Shown: positions 11,553-23,154, counted from the stretch's first letter. The stretch: 32,000 nucleotides of DNA from Enterobacteriaceae bacterium LSJC7 (GCA_000302695.1 AMFN01000002.1:403948-435947); one strand, 5' to 3'. Notes: generated by a model from the letters alone, not told the origin. Translations and numbers: made by a program.

Positions 11553-12252
11553 ACAATTAATGCCACTGAAGCTGGCACAAGCGTTGGTAAATCCACTTTT
11601 CCCCGCGCTGGACAGCCAGCTGCGTGCCGGTAAACATATCGGGCTGGATGAGCTGGATAATCATGCCTTTTTAATGGATTTCCAGGAGCAGCTGGAAGAG
11701 TTCTACGGGCGTTATAACGTGGAGCTTATCCGCGCGCCGGAAGGGTTCTTCTATCTGCGCCCGCGCTCGACCACCATTATCCCGCGCTCGGTACTGTCCG
11801 AGCTGGATATGATGGTCGGCAAAATCCTCTGCTATCTCTACCTCAGCCCGGAACGTCTGGCCAATGAGGGGATTTTCACTCAGCAGGAGCTTTACGATGA
11901 GCTTCTGACGCTCGCCGATGAAAGCAAGCTGCTCAAGCTTGTGAATAACCGCTCCACCGGTACCGATCTTGATCGCCAGAAATTGCAGGAGAAAATGCGC
12001 TCCTCGCTTGCGCGTCTGCGCCGCCTTGGCATGATCTGGTTTACCGGGCATGACAGCAGCAAGTTTCGTATCACTGAATCGGTATTTCGATTTGGCGCGG
12101 ACGTGCGCAGCGGTGATGATGCCCGCGAAGCGCAAAAGCGCCTGATACGCGACGGTGAGGCCATGCCGGTCGAAAACCATCTGCAACTGAACGATGACGA
12201 GAGTGAAGACGCTCGCCAGGACGATGACAACGCCGGGGATGAACATGATTGA
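11533..12252 (+). CDS. mukE: Chromosome partition protein MukE
   Basis: The track ORF (11434) is over-extended. ATG 11533 gives [33 protein letters not shown], matching E. coli MukE. It overlaps the mukF 3' end by 20 nt and has an acidic C-terminal tail. Confidence 0.92.
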   Translation: MSLTNIEQLMPLKLAQALVNPLFPALDSQLRAGKHIGLDELDNHAFLMDFQEQLEEFYGRYNVELIRAPEGFFYLRPRSTTIIPRSVLSELDMMVGKILCYLYLSPERLANEGIFTQQELYDELLTLADESKLLKLVNNRSTGTDLDRQKLQEKMRSSLARLRRLGMIWFTGHDSSKFRITESVFRFGADVRSGDDAREAQKRLIRDGEAMPVENHLQLNDDESEDARQDDDNAGDEHD

Positions 12253-15200
12253 ACGCGGTAAATTTCGCTCGCTGACCCTGATTAACTGGAACGGCTTTTT
12301 CGCGCGCACGTTCGATCTTGATGAGCTGGTGACCACGCTTTCGGGTGGTAACGGCGCCGGTAAATCCACCACCATGGCGGCCTTTGTCACGGCGCTCATT
12401 CCTGATTTGACGCTACTGCACTTTCGTAACACCACCGAAGCCGGTGCCACCAGCGGCTCACGCGATAAAGGCCTGCACGGTAAGCTCAAGGCCGGTGTGT
12501 GTTATTCGATGCTCGACGTGGTGAACTCGCGCCACCAGCGCGTGCTGGTGGGCGTGCGCCTGCAACAGGTCGCCGGTCGCGACAGAAAGGTCGATATCAA
12601 ACCGTTTGCCATCCAGGGCTTGCCGACTTCTATTCTGCCCACGCAGCTGGTGACGGAAACCCTGGGCGATCGCCAGGCGCGCGTGCTGCCGCTGCATGAG
12701 CTTAAAGATAAAGTTGAAGCTATTGAGGGCGTGCAGTTTAAACAGTTTAACTCCATCACCGACTATCACTCGCTGATGTTCGACCTGGGCGTTGTGGCGC
12801 GTCGCCTGCGCTCGGCCTCCGATCGCAGCAAATACTACAAGCTGATTGAAGCCTCGCTGTACGGCGGGATCTCCAGCGCCATCACCCGCTCACTGCGCGA
12901 CTACCTGCTGCCGGAAAACGGCGGCGTGCGTAAGGCGTTCCAGGATATGGAAGCCGCGCTGCGTGAAAACCGCCTGACGCTTGAAGCGATTCGCGTCACT
13001 CAGTCCGACCGTGACCTGTTTAAGCACCTGATCTCTGAAGCCACCGATTACGTGGCCGCCGACTACATGCGTCATGCTAACGAGCGGCGCATTCATCTCG
13101 ATCAGGCGCTGGAGCTGCGCCGTGAATTGAACACCTGCCGCCAGCAGCTTAACGCTGAGCAGTTTAAGCACGTTGAAATGGCGCGCGAGCTGGCAGAGCA
13201 CGCAGGCTCAGAAGGCGACCTTGAAACCGATTATCAGGCGGCAAGCGATCACCTCAACCTGGTGCAGACCGCGCTGCGTCAGCAGGAGAAAATCGAGCGC
13301 TACGAGGCAGATCTTGAAGAACTTCAGGTGCGCCTTGAAGAGCAAAACGAAGTGGTTGCCGAAGCCCAGGAGCAGCAGGAAGAAAACGAAGCCCGTGCTG
13401 AGTCCGCTGAGCTTGAGGTGGATGAACTGAAAAGTCAGCTTGCTGATTACCAGCAAGCGCTGGACGTGCAGCAAACGCGCGCGATTCAGTATCAACAGGC
13501 GCTTCAGGCGCTGGAGCGCGCCCGCGAGCTGTGCCACTTGCCAGATCTGACGGCGGAAAGCGCCGACGAGTGGCTGGAAACCTTCCAGGCCAAAGAGCAG
13601 GAAGCGACTGAAAAGCTGTTATCGCTTGACCAGAAAATGAGCGTTTCGCGTGCTGCGCACGCGCAGTTTGAGCAGGCTTATCAGTTGGTGAGCGCGATTA
13701 ACGGCCCGGTCAGCCGTAGCGAAGCCTGGAATGTTGCGCGTGATTTGCTGCGTGAAGCGTCCGAGCAGCGTCACCAGGCGCAGCAGGCCCAGGGGCTGCG
13801 TTCACGTCTTAATGAACTGGAGCAGCGCCTGCGCGAGCAGCAGGAAGCGGAACGTCTGCTGGGCGAGTTCTGCAAGCGTCAGGGCCGCAGCGTTGAGCCA
13901 GGTGAACTGGAAGCGCTGGCCGCAGAGCTGGAAGAGCGAATTGTTACGCTACAGGACAGCGTGGCGGCGGCGAGCGAGCAGCGCATGTCGCTGCGCCAGG
14001 AGCATGAGCAAATTCAGGGCCGCGTTCGCCTGTTGACCCAGCGTGCACCGGTATGGCTGGCGGCCCAGAATGGCCTCAACCAGCTGTGTGAGCAGAGCGG
14101 AGCAGAGCTTGAAAGCGCCGCAGACGTCACCGAATATCTCCAGCAGATGCTGGAGCGCGAGCGCGAAGCAACCGTTGAGCGTGATGAAGTCGGTGCGCGC
14201 AAAAACGCCGTTGATGATGAAATCGAGCGTTTGAGCCAGCCGGGCGGTGCGGAAGACGCGCGCCTGAATGCGCTGGCCGAGCGCTTTGGTGGCGTGCTGT
14301 TGTCTGAAATTTATGATGATGTCAGCCTTGAAGACGCGCCGTACTTCTCCGCGCTGTATGGTCCATCTCGCCACGCCATTGTGGTGGCGGATCTGTCGCT
14401 GGTGCGCGAGCAGCTCGACGGCCTGGAAGATTGCCCGGAAGATTTGTACCTCATTGAGGGTGACCCGCAGTCGTTTGACGACAGCGTGTTCAGCGCCGAA
14501 GAGCTGGAAAAAGCGGTGGTTGTCAAAGTGGCCGATCGCCAGTGGCGCTACTCGCGCTTCCCGACGCTGCCGCTGTTTGGCCGCGCGGCGCGCGAAAGCC
14601 GCATCGAGGCGCTGCACGCCGAGCGTGAAACGCTGGCTGAACGCTACGCGACGCTTTCCTTTGATGTACAGAAAACCCAGCGCCTGCACCAGGCCTTCAG
14701 CCGTTTTATTGGCCAACATCTGTCTGTGGCGTTTGAAGACGATCCGGAAGCGGAAATTCGTCAGTTAAACAGCCGTCGCAGCGAAATCGAGCGCGAAATC
14801 AGCGCCCACGAGAACGACAACCAGCAACAGCGTAGCCAGTTTGAGCAGGCAAAAGAGGGCGTTGCCCAGCTTAACCGCCTGCTGCCACGCCTGAATCTGC
14901 TGGAAGATGACACGCTGGCCGACCGTCGCGATGAAATCCAGGAGCGGCTGGATGAAGCGCAGGAAGCGACACACTTTATCCAGCAGCACGGCAACCAGCT
15001 TATAAAACTTGAGCAGGTCGCCTCGGTGCTGCAAAACGACCCTGAGCAGTTTGAACAGCTCAAGCAGGATTACGAGTACGCCCAGCAAACCCAGCGCGAG
15101 GCGCGCCAACAGGCGTTTACGCTGACCGAAGTGGTGCAGCGTCGCGCGCATTTTAGTTACAGCGACTCGGCAGAAATGCTCAGCGGCAACAGCGATCTCA

Positions 15201-16696
15201 ACGAGAAACTGCGCCAGCGTCTGGAGCAGGCCGAAACGGAGCGTACCCGCGCCCGTGAAGCGCTGCGTGGCCACGCAGCCCAGCTTGGGCAGTACAGCCA
15301 GCTGCTGGCGTCGCTCAAAAGTTCCTATGACACCAAGCGTGAACTGCTTGCCGATTTGTACAAAGAACTCAAGGATATCGGTGTACGTGCCGATTCCGGG
15401 GCCGAAGAGCGCGCCAGAGCGCGTCGCGATGAACTGCACACGGCGCTCAGTAATAACCGTTCGCGCAGAAGCCAGCTTGAGAAGCAGTTAACCTACTGCG
15501 AAGCTGAAATGGAGAATTTGACCCGCCGAATTAAACGTCATGAGCGCGATTACTTTGAAAAGCGCGAGCAGGTGGTGACCTCAAAGGCCGGCTGGTGCGC
15601 GGTTATGCGCATGGTGAAAGAAAATGGCGTTGAGCGCCGCCTGCACCGCCGTGAACTGGCCTATGAGTCCGGTGACGATCTGCGTTCTATGTCGGATAAG
15701 GCACTCGGTGCACTGCGCCTGGCGGTGGCCGATAACGAACACCTGCGTGACGTGCTGCGTCTGTCTGAAGACCCGAAACGTCCTGAGCGTAAGATTCAGT
15801 TCTTTGTGGCGGTGTATCAGCATCTGCGTGAGCGTATCCGCCAGGATATTATCCGCACCGACGACCCGGTTGAAGCCATTGAGCAGATGGAAATCGAACT
15901 CAGTCGCCTGACCGAAGAGCTGACCGCCCGCGAGCAGAAGCTGGCCATTAGCTCACGCAGCGTGGCAAACATTATTCGCAAAACCATTCAGCGTGAGCAA
16001 AACCGTATTCGTATGCTCAACCAGGGGCTGCAAAGCGTTTCCTTTGGTCAGGTCAACAGCGTGCGCCTGAACGTCAACGTGCGCGAAACCCACTCTACGC
16101 TGCTGGATGTGCTCTCTGAAGAGCACGGTCAGCATCAGGACTTGTTTAACAGCAACCGTCTGACGTTCTCTGAAGCGCTGGCGAAGTTGTGGCAGCGCCT
16201 GAACCCGCAAATTGAGATGGGCAACCGCACACCGCAAACCATGGGTGAAGAGCTGCTGGATTACCGCAACTATCTGGAAATGGAAGTTGAGGTTAACCGT
16301 GGCTCCGACGGCTGGTTGCGCGCAGAAAGTGGCGCGCTGTCGACCGGTGAAGCTATCGGTACTGGCATGTCTATCCTTGTGATGGTGGTGCAGTCCTGGG
16401 AAGAAGAGTCGCGTCGTCTGCGTGGAAAAGATATTTCACCCTGTCGTCTGCTGTTCCTTGATGAAGCCGCGCGTCTGGATGCTCGTTCCATCAACACACT
16501 CTTTGAGCTGTGCGAGCGCCTGGAAATGCAGTTGATTATCGCTGCACCGGAAAACATCAGCCCGGAAAAAGGCACGACTTACAAGCTGGTACGTAAGGTA
16601 ATTCAGAACCACGAGCACGTTCACGTAGTGGGGCTGCGCGGGTTTGCTGCACCGCTGCCGCAGACCTTGCCACAAGACGCCGCAGACGCGTCCTGA
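12245..16696 (+). CDS. mukB: Chromosome partition protein MukB (SMC-like condensin ATPase)
   Basis: ATG 12245 gives [47 protein letters not shown] (Walker A). The protein has long coiled-coil arms, then the C-terminal head with LSTGEAIG and [11 protein letters not shown]. It overlaps the mukE stop by 8 nt. The track's earlier start (12194) lies inside mukE. Confidence 0.97.
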   Translation: MIERGKFRSLTLINWNGFFARTFDLDELVTTLSGGNGAGKSTTMAAFVTALIPDLTLLHFRNTTEAGATSGSRDKGLHGKLKAGVCYSMLDVVNSRHQRVLVGVRLQQVAGRDRKVDIKPFAIQGLPTSILPTQLVTETLGDRQARVLPLHELKDKVEAIEGVQFKQFNSITDYHSLMFDLGVVARRLRSASDRSKYYKLIEASLYGGISSAITRSLRDYLLPENGGVRKAFQDMEAALRENRLTLEAIRVTQSDRDLFKHLISEATDYVAADYMRHANERRIHLDQALELRRELNTCRQQLNAEQFKHVEMARELAEHAGSEGDLETDYQAASDHLNLVQTALRQQEKIERYEADLEELQVRLEEQNEVVAEAQEQQEENEARAESAELEVDELKSQLADYQQALDVQQTRAIQYQQALQALERARELCHLPDLTAESADEWLETFQAKEQEATEKLLSLDQKMSVSRAAHAQFEQAYQLVSAINGPVSRSEAWNVARDLLREASEQRHQAQQAQGLRSRLNELEQRLREQQEAERLLGEFCKRQGRSVEPGELEALAAELEERIVTLQDSVAAASEQRMSLRQEHEQIQGRVRLLTQRAPVWLAAQNGLNQLCEQSGAELESAADVTEYLQQMLEREREATVERDEVGARKNAVDDEIERLSQPGGAEDARLNALAERFGGVLLSEIYDDVSLEDAPYFSALYGPSRHAIVVADLSLVREQLDGLEDCPEDLYLIEGDPQSFDDSVFSAEELEKAVVVKVADRQWRYSRFPTLPLFGRAARESRIEALHAERETLAERYATLSFDVQKTQRLHQAFSRFIGQHLSVAFEDDPEAEIRQLNSRRSEIEREISAHENDNQQQRSQFEQAKEGVAQLNRLLPRLNLLEDDTLADRRDEIQERLDEAQEATHFIQQHGNQLIKLEQVASVLQNDPEQFEQLKQDYEYAQQTQREARQQAFTLTEVVQRRAHFSYSDSAEMLSGNSDLNEKLRQRLEQAETERTRAREALRGHAAQLGQYSQLLASLKSSYDTKRELLADLYKELKDIGVRADSGAEERARARRDELHTALSNNRSRRSQLEKQLTYCEAEMENLTRRIKRHERDYFEKREQVVTSKAGWCAVMRMVKENGVERRLHRRELAYESGDDLRSMSDKALGALRLAVADNEHLRDVLRLSEDPKRPERKIQFFVAVYQHLRERIRQDIIRTDDPVEAIEQMEIELSRLTEELTAREQKLAISSRSVANIIRKTIQREQNRIRMLNQGLQSVSFGQVNSVRLNVNVRETHSTLLDVLSEEHGQHQDLFNSNRLTFSEALAKLWQRLNPQIEMGNRTPQTMGEELLDYRNYLEMEVEVNRGSDGWLRAESGALSTGEAIGTGMSILVMVVQSWEEESRRLRGKDISPCRLLFLDEAARLDARSINTLFELCERLEMQLIIAAPENISPEKGTTYKLVRKVIQNHEHVHVVGLRGFAAPLPQTLPQDAADAS

Positions 16697-16719
16697 TGTA
16701 AAACTGGCACCATTATCAT

Positions 16720-16755
16720 GGCCCTTTCGCTAAACCAGCAAAGGGCCAAATTTTT
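16720..16755 (+). terminator. Rho-independent terminator of mukB
   Basis: GGCCCTTT (16720-16727) pairs with AAAGGGCC (16740-16747). The stem is followed by AAATTTTTGG and begins 24 nt after the mukB stop. Confidence 0.75.
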
Positions 16756-16897
16756 GGTAATCTGCGGGTAAGTTTTGTTTTTTTGATTCTTATCGGCGTT
16801 AAATTTCTTTACACTATGGCAGGTACGAAGGATTTTGCTCTTTTATATACTGAGAGTAATCCTGCCGATAAGGCAATGATTAACCAGGAGGCAAGGG

Positions 16898-18679
16898 ATG
16901 TTGCTTACGAAATTAAGTCGTTTTCGAAGGTCAGCTGTCGCTGCTGGCCTGGTCCTTAGCCTGTCGTCACTGGCTGTACAGGCCGATGAGCCGGAGGTGG
17001 TTCCGGTTGACGCTTCCGCAGCGGCGCCTGAACAGCCTTTCAACCTGAATCAACAGTCTGTACCTTCACCGGCGATGGCCGCCCTGATGGGCACGTCACC
17101 GGCAAACGAAGGTATGGCAGTGGCACAGAGTCAGACTCAGCTTGCTTCTCTGCTCCCTTCCGGCTATACCCCCGTTCACTTGAGCGCGCTGTCGCTACTC
17201 TATGCCGCGCGCGATATGAAACCGATGTGGGAAAATGCAGACGCGGTGCGAGCGTTTCAGCAGCAACTGGCTGAAGTGGCCATTGCAGGCTTTCAGCCTC
17301 AGTTTACGGCATGGGTTGAACTCCTGACGGACCCGGAAGTAAACGGCATGGCACGCGATGTTGTTCTGTCTGATGCGATGATGGGTTACCTGCAGTTTGT
17401 CTCTTCCATTCCCACCCAGGGCAACCGCTGGCTGTACAGCAGCACGCCGTACAAGGCACAAACGCCACCGCTGGCGGTAATCAACCAATGGCAGCTCGCG
17501 GTGGACCGCGGTACGGTCGCAAACTTTGTTGCGACTCTGGCTCCGCATCACCCACAGTATGCGGTGATGCATGATGCGCTGCTTAAGCTGGTGGCAGATA
17601 ACCGCCCGTGGCCGCAGATGAAGGCGAATGCGTCGCTGCGCCCTGGACAGAGCAGTGCCGACATCCCGGCTTTACGTGAAATCCTGCTACGTACCGGCAT
17701 GCTGGAGGGCGGCCCGGAGATTGCGTTGCCGGGTGATAACACCGCGCCAGCAAAACCAGTGAAGGGTGCTCAGGTTTACGATAATAAGCTGGTGGCCGCG
17801 GTGAAGCGTTTTCAGAGCTGGCAGGGGCTGGGTGCTGACGGTGTGATTGGTAAGACGACGCGTGATGCACTCAACATGACGCCGCAGGTGCGCGCGGGTG
17901 TGCTGGCATTAAATATCCAGCGTCTGCGTCTTCTGCCGGGCAAGCCGGATACCGGTATCATGGTCAATATTCCCGATTATTCGCTGGTTTACTGGCTTAA
18001 TGGTAACCAGGCACTGGCATCCCGCGTGATTGTGGGCCGCCCGGAGCGTAAAACGCCCATGATGAGCAGCGCGCTGAACAATGTCGTGTTGAACCCACCG
18101 TGGAATGTGCCGCCGACGCTGGCACGTAACGATATCCTGCCGAAACTGCGCAACGACCCAGGCTATCTTGAGCGTCATAATTACAAAGTGCTGCGTGGCT
18201 GGAGTAGCAATGCAGAAGCTGTGAACCCATGGATGGTGGACTGGTCTACTATTACCCCCTCCAACCTGCCGTTTCGCTTCCAGCAGGCGCCTGGTCCGAC
18301 TAACTCGCTTGGACGTTACAAGTTTAATATGCCGAGTTCGGACGCCATCTATCTGCATGACACACCTAACCACAATTTATTCCAGCGTGGCGCGCGGGCG
18401 TTAAGTTCCGGTTGCGTCAGGGTAAATAAAGCATCTGATTTAGCGAACATGCTACTACAGGATGCTGGCTGGAATGATGCGCGTATCTCTTCCACGCTCA
18501 AGGAAGGGAAGACGCGTTATGTGAATATTCGTCAAAGTATTCCCGTTAATCTTTATTATTTGACAGCCTTTGTTGGCGAAGATGGTAAGACACAATATCG
18601 AACAGATATTTACAATTACGATCTGACTGCCCAAACTGGCGGCAAGATATTATCGAAAGCAGGACAATTGATCCGTTAA
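16898..18679 (+). CDS. ldtD: L,D-transpeptidase LdtD (YcbB)
   Basis: 593 aa. AGGAGG lies 6 nt upstream of the ATG. It has a signal peptide ending [10 protein letters not shown], a peptidoglycan-binding-like segment ([17 protein letters not shown]), and the YkuD catalytic region [12 protein letters not shown]…ALSSGCVRV. Confidence 0.92.
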   Translation: MLLTKLSRFRRSAVAAGLVLSLSSLAVQADEPEVVPVDASAAAPEQPFNLNQQSVPSPAMAALMGTSPANEGMAVAQSQTQLASLLPSGYTPVHLSALSLLYAARDMKPMWENADAVRAFQQQLAEVAIAGFQPQFTAWVELLTDPEVNGMARDVVLSDAMMGYLQFVSSIPTQGNRWLYSSTPYKAQTPPLAVINQWQLAVDRGTVANFVATLAPHHPQYAVMHDALLKLVADNRPWPQMKANASLRPGQSSADIPALREILLRTGMLEGGPEIALPGDNTAPAKPVKGAQVYDNKLVAAVKRFQSWQGLGADGVIGKTTRDALNMTPQVRAGVLALNIQRLRLLPGKPDTGIMVNIPDYSLVYWLNGNQALASRVIVGRPERKTPMMSSALNNVVLNPPWNVPPTLARNDILPKLRNDPGYLERHNYKVLRGWSSNAEAVNPWMVDWSTITPSNLPFRFQQAPGPTNSLGRYKFNMPSSDAIYLHDTPNHNLFQRGARALSSGCVRVNKASDLANMLLQDAGWNDARISSTLKEGKTRYVNIRQSIPVNLYYLTAFVGEDGKTQYRTDIYNYDLTAQTGGKILSKAGQLIR

Positions 18680-18987
18680 ATACTGAAATTTTAATGGATT
18701 AACAGACGTAATTTTGTGTCAATAACGGTCCACAGATGCCTGTGGACCCGCTTGTAGCGTGACCTGGGGTCCTTGACGCATGGAATTTAGCCAGTTAAGG
18801 TTCTCTCAGTGCGCCAGAAGTGCATATATACCCAAAATAGTTCGGACAGCAGTGATGTTACCGGAAATATTGCGGCAGACTTAACAGAAATACTGGAAGT
18901 TTGTTTCTAATATTGCGGATTGTTTTTATTCTGTTCTCCGAAATATTCATGGGATAACGATCATTTTATCTTGTAGACCTGAGTATC

Positions 18988-19536
18988 ATGGAAAAATTAG
19001 ACGCTAATCGCCGCAAACTGCTGGCGCTGGGCGGTGCCGCTTTAGGTGCTGCTCTTTTGCCGACGTCAGCGTTTGCGACTCTCTCCACGCCGCGTCCGCG
19101 TATTCTGACGCTGAATAATCTGAATACCGGCGAAATGATTAAAGCCGAATTTTTTGATGGCAGGGGGTATATTCAGGATGAACTGGCCCGCCTCAATCAC
19201 TTCTTCCGCGATTATCGCGCTAATAAAGTAAAAACCATCGACCCGCAGCTGTTCGACCAGCTGTTCCGTTTGCAAGGGTTGCTTGGCACGCGTAAACAGG
19301 TGCAACTGATTTCCGGCTACCGTTCACCGGTGACTAACACCAACCTGCGCGCGCACAGTCGCGGTGTGGCTAAAAATAGCTATCACACCAAAGGCCAGGC
19401 GATGGATTTCCATATTGAAGGTATTGCGTTAAGCAATGTTCGTAAAGCTGCGTTAGCAATGGGTGCAGGCGGTGTGGGATACTACCCACGCAGTAACTTT
19501 GTGCACATTGATACCGGTCCCGTCAGGAACTGGTAA
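18988..19536 (+). CDS. mepK: Peptidoglycan L,D-endopeptidase MepK (YcbK), Tat-exported M15-family peptidase
   Basis: 182 aa. The twin-arginine signal is ANRRKLLALGGAALGAALLPTSAFA. The SYHTKGQAMDFHI and VHIDTG blocks are metal-binding motifs. Confidence 0.9.
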   Translation: MEKLDANRRKLLALGGAALGAALLPTSAFATLSTPRPRILTLNNLNTGEMIKAEFFDGRGYIQDELARLNHFFRDYRANKVKTIDPQLFDQLFRLQGLLGTRKQVQLISGYRSPVTNTNLRAHSRGVAKNSYHTKGQAMDFHIEGIALSNVRKAALAMGAGGVGYYPRSNFVHIDTGPVRNW

Positions 19537-19570
19537 TTAACGGAGGTCTGGTTTCGGCCAGAAAAGCAGC

Positions 19571-20218
19571 ATGAACTATCATATCATTCCGGTCACGGCG
19601 TTTGCCCAGAACTGCTCTCTCATCTGGTGCCCCGAAACCCGGCTGGCCGCGCTGGTCGATCCCGGTGGCGACGCAGCGCGCATTAAGCAGGAAATTGACG
19701 CCCAGGGCGTGAGCGTGACGCAGATCCTGCTAACGCATGGTCATCTTGATCACGTAGGGGCAGCCGCTGAGCTGGCACAGCATTACGGTGTGCCGGTGAT
19801 TGGGCCGCAGAAGGAAGATGAGTTCTGGCTGCAGGGGCTTCCTCAGCAAAGTAAAATGTTTGGGCTGGAAGAATGCCAGCCGCTAACGCCCGATCGCTGG
19901 CTTGAAGAAGGCGATACGGTGAGCGTAGGTAAAATAACGCTACAGGTGCTGCACTGCCCGGGCCATACGCTAGGGCATATTGTGTTTTTTGATACGGCCT
20001 CACGGCTGCTGATTTCCGGCGATGTCATTTTTAAAGGCGGAGTAGGGCGCAGCGACTTCCCGCGCGGTGACCATACACAGCTTATTACCTCAATTAAAAC
20101 AAAGCTGCTGCCGCTGGGTGATGAGGTGACATTTATCCCCGGACATGGGCCGATGTCTACGCTGGGTGATGAGCGCTTACACAACCCTTTTCTTCAGGAT
20201 GAATTACCGGTCTGGTAA
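19571..20218 (+). CDS. gloC: Hydroxyacylglutathione hydrolase GloC (YcbL), metallo-beta-lactamase fold
   Basis: 215 aa, starting [20 protein letters not shown]. It contains the THGHLDH motif, CPGHT and PGHGP, and is close to E. coli YcbL. Confidence 0.92.
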   Translation: MNYHIIPVTAFAQNCSLIWCPETRLAALVDPGGDAARIKQEIDAQGVSVTQILLTHGHLDHVGAAAELAQHYGVPVIGPQKEDEFWLQGLPQQSKMFGLEECQPLTPDRWLEEGDTVSVGKITLQVLHCPGHTLGHIVFFDTASRLLISGDVIFKGGVGRSDFPRGDHTQLITSIKTKLLPLGDEVTFIPGHGPMSTLGDERLHNPFLQDELPVW

Positions 20219-20230
20219 TCTCCGTTCTCA

Positions 20231-20260
20231 AGGCCTCCATGATGGAGGCCTTGCTGTTTC
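20231..20260 (+). terminator. Rho-independent terminator of gloC
   Basis: AAGGCCTCC (20231-20239) pairs with GGAGGCCTT (20245-20253) around a 5-nt loop. It is followed by GCTGTTT and begins 13 nt after the gloC stop. Confidence 0.7.
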
Positions 20261-20410
20261 AGGCACGATTTTCTTTATGCAACCTGGCAAAGCCGCGCTA
20301 CAACACGATGAGCCTGTGGCTGTGTTGGCGAGTATCTGTGCTTGCAGAAAATAGCGTTGAATATCTCACGTTTGAATGTGTTTGAAGGCCTGACAGCGCT
20401 GCTTCCCTGG

Positions 20411-20460
<50 letters not shown>

Positions 20461-20515
20461 TAACGTTGGGCTAAGCTGGAGTCAGGCATTTATAATGCCA
20501 GGTTTTTAGTGAGCC

Positions 20516-20541
20516 AAAAAAAGAGCCGCATCAGCGGCTCT
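20516..20541 (-). terminator. Rho-independent terminator of aspC
   Basis: On the minus strand, AGAGCCGC-TGAT-GCGGCTCT is followed by T7 (plus-strand A run 20516-20522). It begins 20 nt after the aspC stop. Confidence 0.85.
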
Positions 20542-20560
20542 ATTTGTTATTGGCAGATAT

Positions 20561-21751
20561 TCAGAGTACAGCCACGATGGCTTCACACAACGGAGCTATG
20601 TTGTCTGGCGTCATACCGGCAACGTTTACACGACCAGAGGCGACGGCATACACGCCGAACTCCTCACGCAGGCGCAGCACCTGCTCTTTGGTCAGACCGC
20701 TGAATGAGAACATGCCGTTCTGATTGATGATGAAGCTGAAGTCGCGGTTAGCACCTTTTTCCTGCAATGTGTTCACAAACAGCTGGCGCATGCGCTGGAT
20801 ACGCTGGCGCATATCGGTCAGTTCCTGCTCCCAGAGCGCACGCAGGGCATCGTTGCTGAGAATGGTGGCAACGACCGCAGCACCGTGTGCAGGAGGGTTA
20901 GAGTAGTTGGCGCGGATGCAGGACTTCATCTGGCTAAAGGCGCGGCTGGCTTCATCTTCTGATGCCGCCACCAGCGTACAGGCACCCACGCGCTCGTTGT
21001 ACAGGCCAAAGTTTTTAGAGAAGGAACTGGCAACAATCAGTTCTTTATGGGTTGCGGCAAACACGCGCAGCCCTTGCGCATCTTCTTCCAGACCACGGGC
21101 AAAGCCCTGGTAGGCAAAGTCAAACAGCGGCAGCCAGCCCTTTTCCTGTGACATTTTTGCAAGCGCTTGCCACTGCTCCAGCGTTGGGTCAATACCGGTT
21201 GGGTTGTGGCAGCAGCCGTGGAGCAGCACCACGTCTCCAGCCTGAGCGGCCTGCAGGCTCGCGACCAGCGCATCGAAATCCAGCGTGTGGTTAGCAGCGT
21301 CATAGTAGTTGTATTCACACACTTCCAGACCGGCAGAGCCAAATACGCTCTTGTGGTTTGGCCAGCTTGGGTTGCTTACCCACACCCGTTTTACTGCGGT
21401 GTTTTTTGCCAGAAAATCAGCGGCAACGCGAAGGGCACCGGTACCGCCCGGTGTCTGGGCTGTTTGTGCACGTTTTTCTTCAATAATGGCGCTGCCTTTG
21501 CCAAACAGCAGCTCGCGGGTGCAACGGCCAAATTCAGGGATACCGTCGATTCCGAGATAATTTTTGGTGGTTTCATTTTCCAGCAGATATTGTTCAGCTT
21601 TTTTTACGCTGGTCAGAACAGGAGTTTTGCCCGTTTCGTCCTTGTAAACCCCGATGCCGAGGTTAATTTTGGTCGGGCGTTCGTCGGCGCGAAACAGGTC
21701 GGCCAGTCCAAGAATAGGATCGGCAGGGGCAGCAGTAATGTTTTCAAACAT
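20561..21751 (-). CDS. aspC: Aspartate aminotransferase AspC (PLP-dependent)
   Basis: 396 aa, running from [26 protein letters not shown] to the PLP-lysine block [14 protein letters not shown]. It is close to E. coli AspC. Confidence 0.97.
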   Translation of the reverse strand: MFENITAAPADPILGLADLFRADERPTKINLGIGVYKDETGKTPVLTSVKKAEQYLLENETTKNYLGIDGIPEFGRCTRELLFGKGSAIIEEKRAQTAQTPGGTGALRVAADFLAKNTAVKRVWVSNPSWPNHKSVFGSAGLEVCEYNYYDAANHTLDFDALVASLQAAQAGDVVLLHGCCHNPTGIDPTLEQWQALAKMSQEKGWLPLFDFAYQGFARGLEEDAQGLRVFAATHKELIVASSFSKNFGLYNERVGACTLVAASEDEASRAFSQMKSCIRANYSNPPAHGAAVVATILSNDALRALWEQELTDMRQRIQRMRQLFVNTLQEKGANRDFSFIINQNGMFSFSGLTKEQVLRLREEFGVYAVASGRVNVAGMTPDNIAPLCEAIVAVL

Positions 21752-21880
21752 GACGAGGTTCCATTGGTATCAGAAGAAGATATTCATCTTCAGGTTACCG
21801 CTTGCTCAATCAATTGCCAACCGTTTGCTTTAAAAAGAGCGTCCGGCGTCAAAAATAGCTAACTGGTTGTCTGTAGACAT

Positions 21881-21909
21881 AAAAAAACAGGGCCGAAGCC
21901 CTGTTTTTT
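21881..21909 (-). terminator. Rho-independent terminator of ompF (symmetrical A7/T6 flanks, potentially bidirectional)
   Basis: 7-bp stem ACAGGGC (21887-21893) pairs with GCCCTGT (21898-21904) around the loop CGAA. It is flanked by A7 and T6 and begins 28 nt after the ompF stop. Confidence 0.85.
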
Positions 21910-21931
21910 AAGCGGTGATGCTTGTACCAGA

Positions 21932-23059
21932 TTAGAACTGGTAAGCAACACCCAGCATTGCGTTGTCTTCGCTACCCACAAAGCTACCGTAGGTACGGGT
22001 AAACGCATTCTCGCTCATCATGTTGATACGGTAGTCACCGTACACACTGAAGTTCTTGTTGAAGTAGAAAGAGGCACCCAGAGTCACATACTCAGCCAGA
22101 GTGGCGTCGCTGTAGCCGTTAGCACCGATCGGCAGGTTTTTACCCTTGCTCTTCACGTAAGAGATAGACGGACGCAGACCGAAGTCGAACTGGTACTGAG
22201 CAATCGCTTCGAAGTTCTGCGTTTTGTTCAGATTAGTACGCAGGGTCTCGCTGCTACCATCAGCATAAGTAACGTCTTTGGAGACATAGGTCATGTTGCG
22301 GGTTTCAGTGTAAACCGCTGCCAGGTAGATGTTGTTCGCATCGTACTTCAGACCCGTTGACCATGCTTCAGCGTTGCTGCCGTTGTTATCGTCATTTGTC
22401 TGAGCGTCTGAACGGTCAGACTTGCTGTACGCACCGATGATGCCGAAGCCTTCATAGTCGTAGCCCAGAGAGAAGCCGAAGCCGTCACCGTTCTGAGTGT
22501 TAATATTACCGCTTTCGTTTTTACCCTGGTACTGAGCGCCGAAGTGCAGGCCGTCAACCAGACCGAAGAAATCGCTGTTACGGTAGGTCAGAACACCCAC
22601 GGTACGGCCAGTCATGTAGTTATCAGCGTTGCCCGCCCAGGTTTCACCTGAGAAGGACGGCGCCATATCGGTCCAGGACTCTACATCGTAAACGATACCG
22701 TAGTTACGACCGTAGTCCAGGGAGCCAGCATCAGCAATTTTCAGACCGGCATAAGCCAGACGAGTACGCTGTCTCTGAGAACCTTTGCCTTCGTCAGCGT
22801 CGGCGTATGCACGGTATTCCCACTGGCCGTAACCGGTCAGCTGATCGGAGATCTGGGTTTCGCCTTTGAAGCCGAGCTGCGCGTAGGTACCATCGGCATT
22901 GGTGGTGTTATCACCAGTGGTGGTCCAGTTATGCTCTGCTGCAACTTTACCGTACAGGTCCAGTTTGTTAGCGTTTTTGTTATAGATCTCTGCTGCGTTA
23001 ACTGAGCCTGCTGCCAGCAGGGCCGGAATAGCCACTGCCAGGAAATTGCGCTTCATCAT
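21932..23059 (-). CDS. ompF: General diffusion porin, OmpF orthologue by position and sequence
   Basis: 375 aa. The signal peptide is [22 protein letters not shown], followed by mature AEIYNK. Porin blocks include LGFKGETQ, GYGQWEY, DYGRNYG, LKYDANNIYLAA, QYQFDFGLRPS and the C-terminal VAYQF. It sits between aspC and asnS, as E. coli ompF does. Confidence 0.9.
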   Translation of the reverse strand: MMKRNFLAVAIPALLAAGSVNAAEIYNKNANKLDLYGKVAAEHNWTTTGDNTTNADGTYAQLGFKGETQISDQLTGYGQWEYRAYADADEGKGSQRQRTRLAYAGLKIADAGSLDYGRNYGIVYDVESWTDMAPSFSGETWAGNADNYMTGRTVGVLTYRNSDFFGLVDGLHFGAQYQGKNESGNINTQNGDGFGFSLGYDYEGFGIIGAYSKSDRSDAQTNDDNNGSNAEAWSTGLKYDANNIYLAAVYTETRNMTYVSKDVTYADGSSETLRTNLNKTQNFEAIAQYQFDFGLRPSISYVKSKGKNLPIGANGYSDATLAEYVTLGASFYFNKNFSVYGDYRINMMSENAFTRTYGSFVGSEDNAMLGVAYQF

Positions 23060-23154
23060 TATTTATTACCCTCATTGGTTTTTTGGACACCTGCCACTGC
23101 CGTAAATAATTCCTTACGCAACTATCTCGGAAAGTTTGGTGTCTTTCTGTGTCT
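23060..23154 (-). promoter_or_regulatory. ompF 5' untranslated leader, including the SD/start region that is the MicF sRNA target in E. coli
   Basis: The minus strand reads …GACACAGAAAGACACCAAAC…GGCAGTGGCAGGTGTCCAAAAAACCAATGAGGGTAATAAATAATGATGAAGCGC. This closely matches the E. coli ompF leader as I recall it. The TSS placement (~23153) is by analogy only. Confidence 0.6.

Noticed and set aside
10002-15439. Long antisense ORFs opposite cmoM, mukF, mukE and mukB (10002-10778, 258 aa; 11671-12489, 272 aa; 13949-14719, 256 aa; 14765-15439, 224 aa). Similar ORFs lie opposite aspC (21167-21862), ssuB (29432-30010), ycaQ, kdsB, elyC, asnS and pncB.
   Set aside because: Each lies entirely opposite a strongly supported orthologous gene. 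None has a recognisable motif, and their composition is Arg/Gln/His/Leu-rich. They are the stop-poor shadow frames expected in GC-rich coding DNA, and one crosses the cmoM/mukF boundary with no signals of its own.
21776-21791. Palindrome GAAGAT-ATTC-ATCTTC in the aspC leader.
   Set aside because: The stem is short (6 bp) and AT-rich, it matches no known operator, and it could arise by chance. There is no supporting context.
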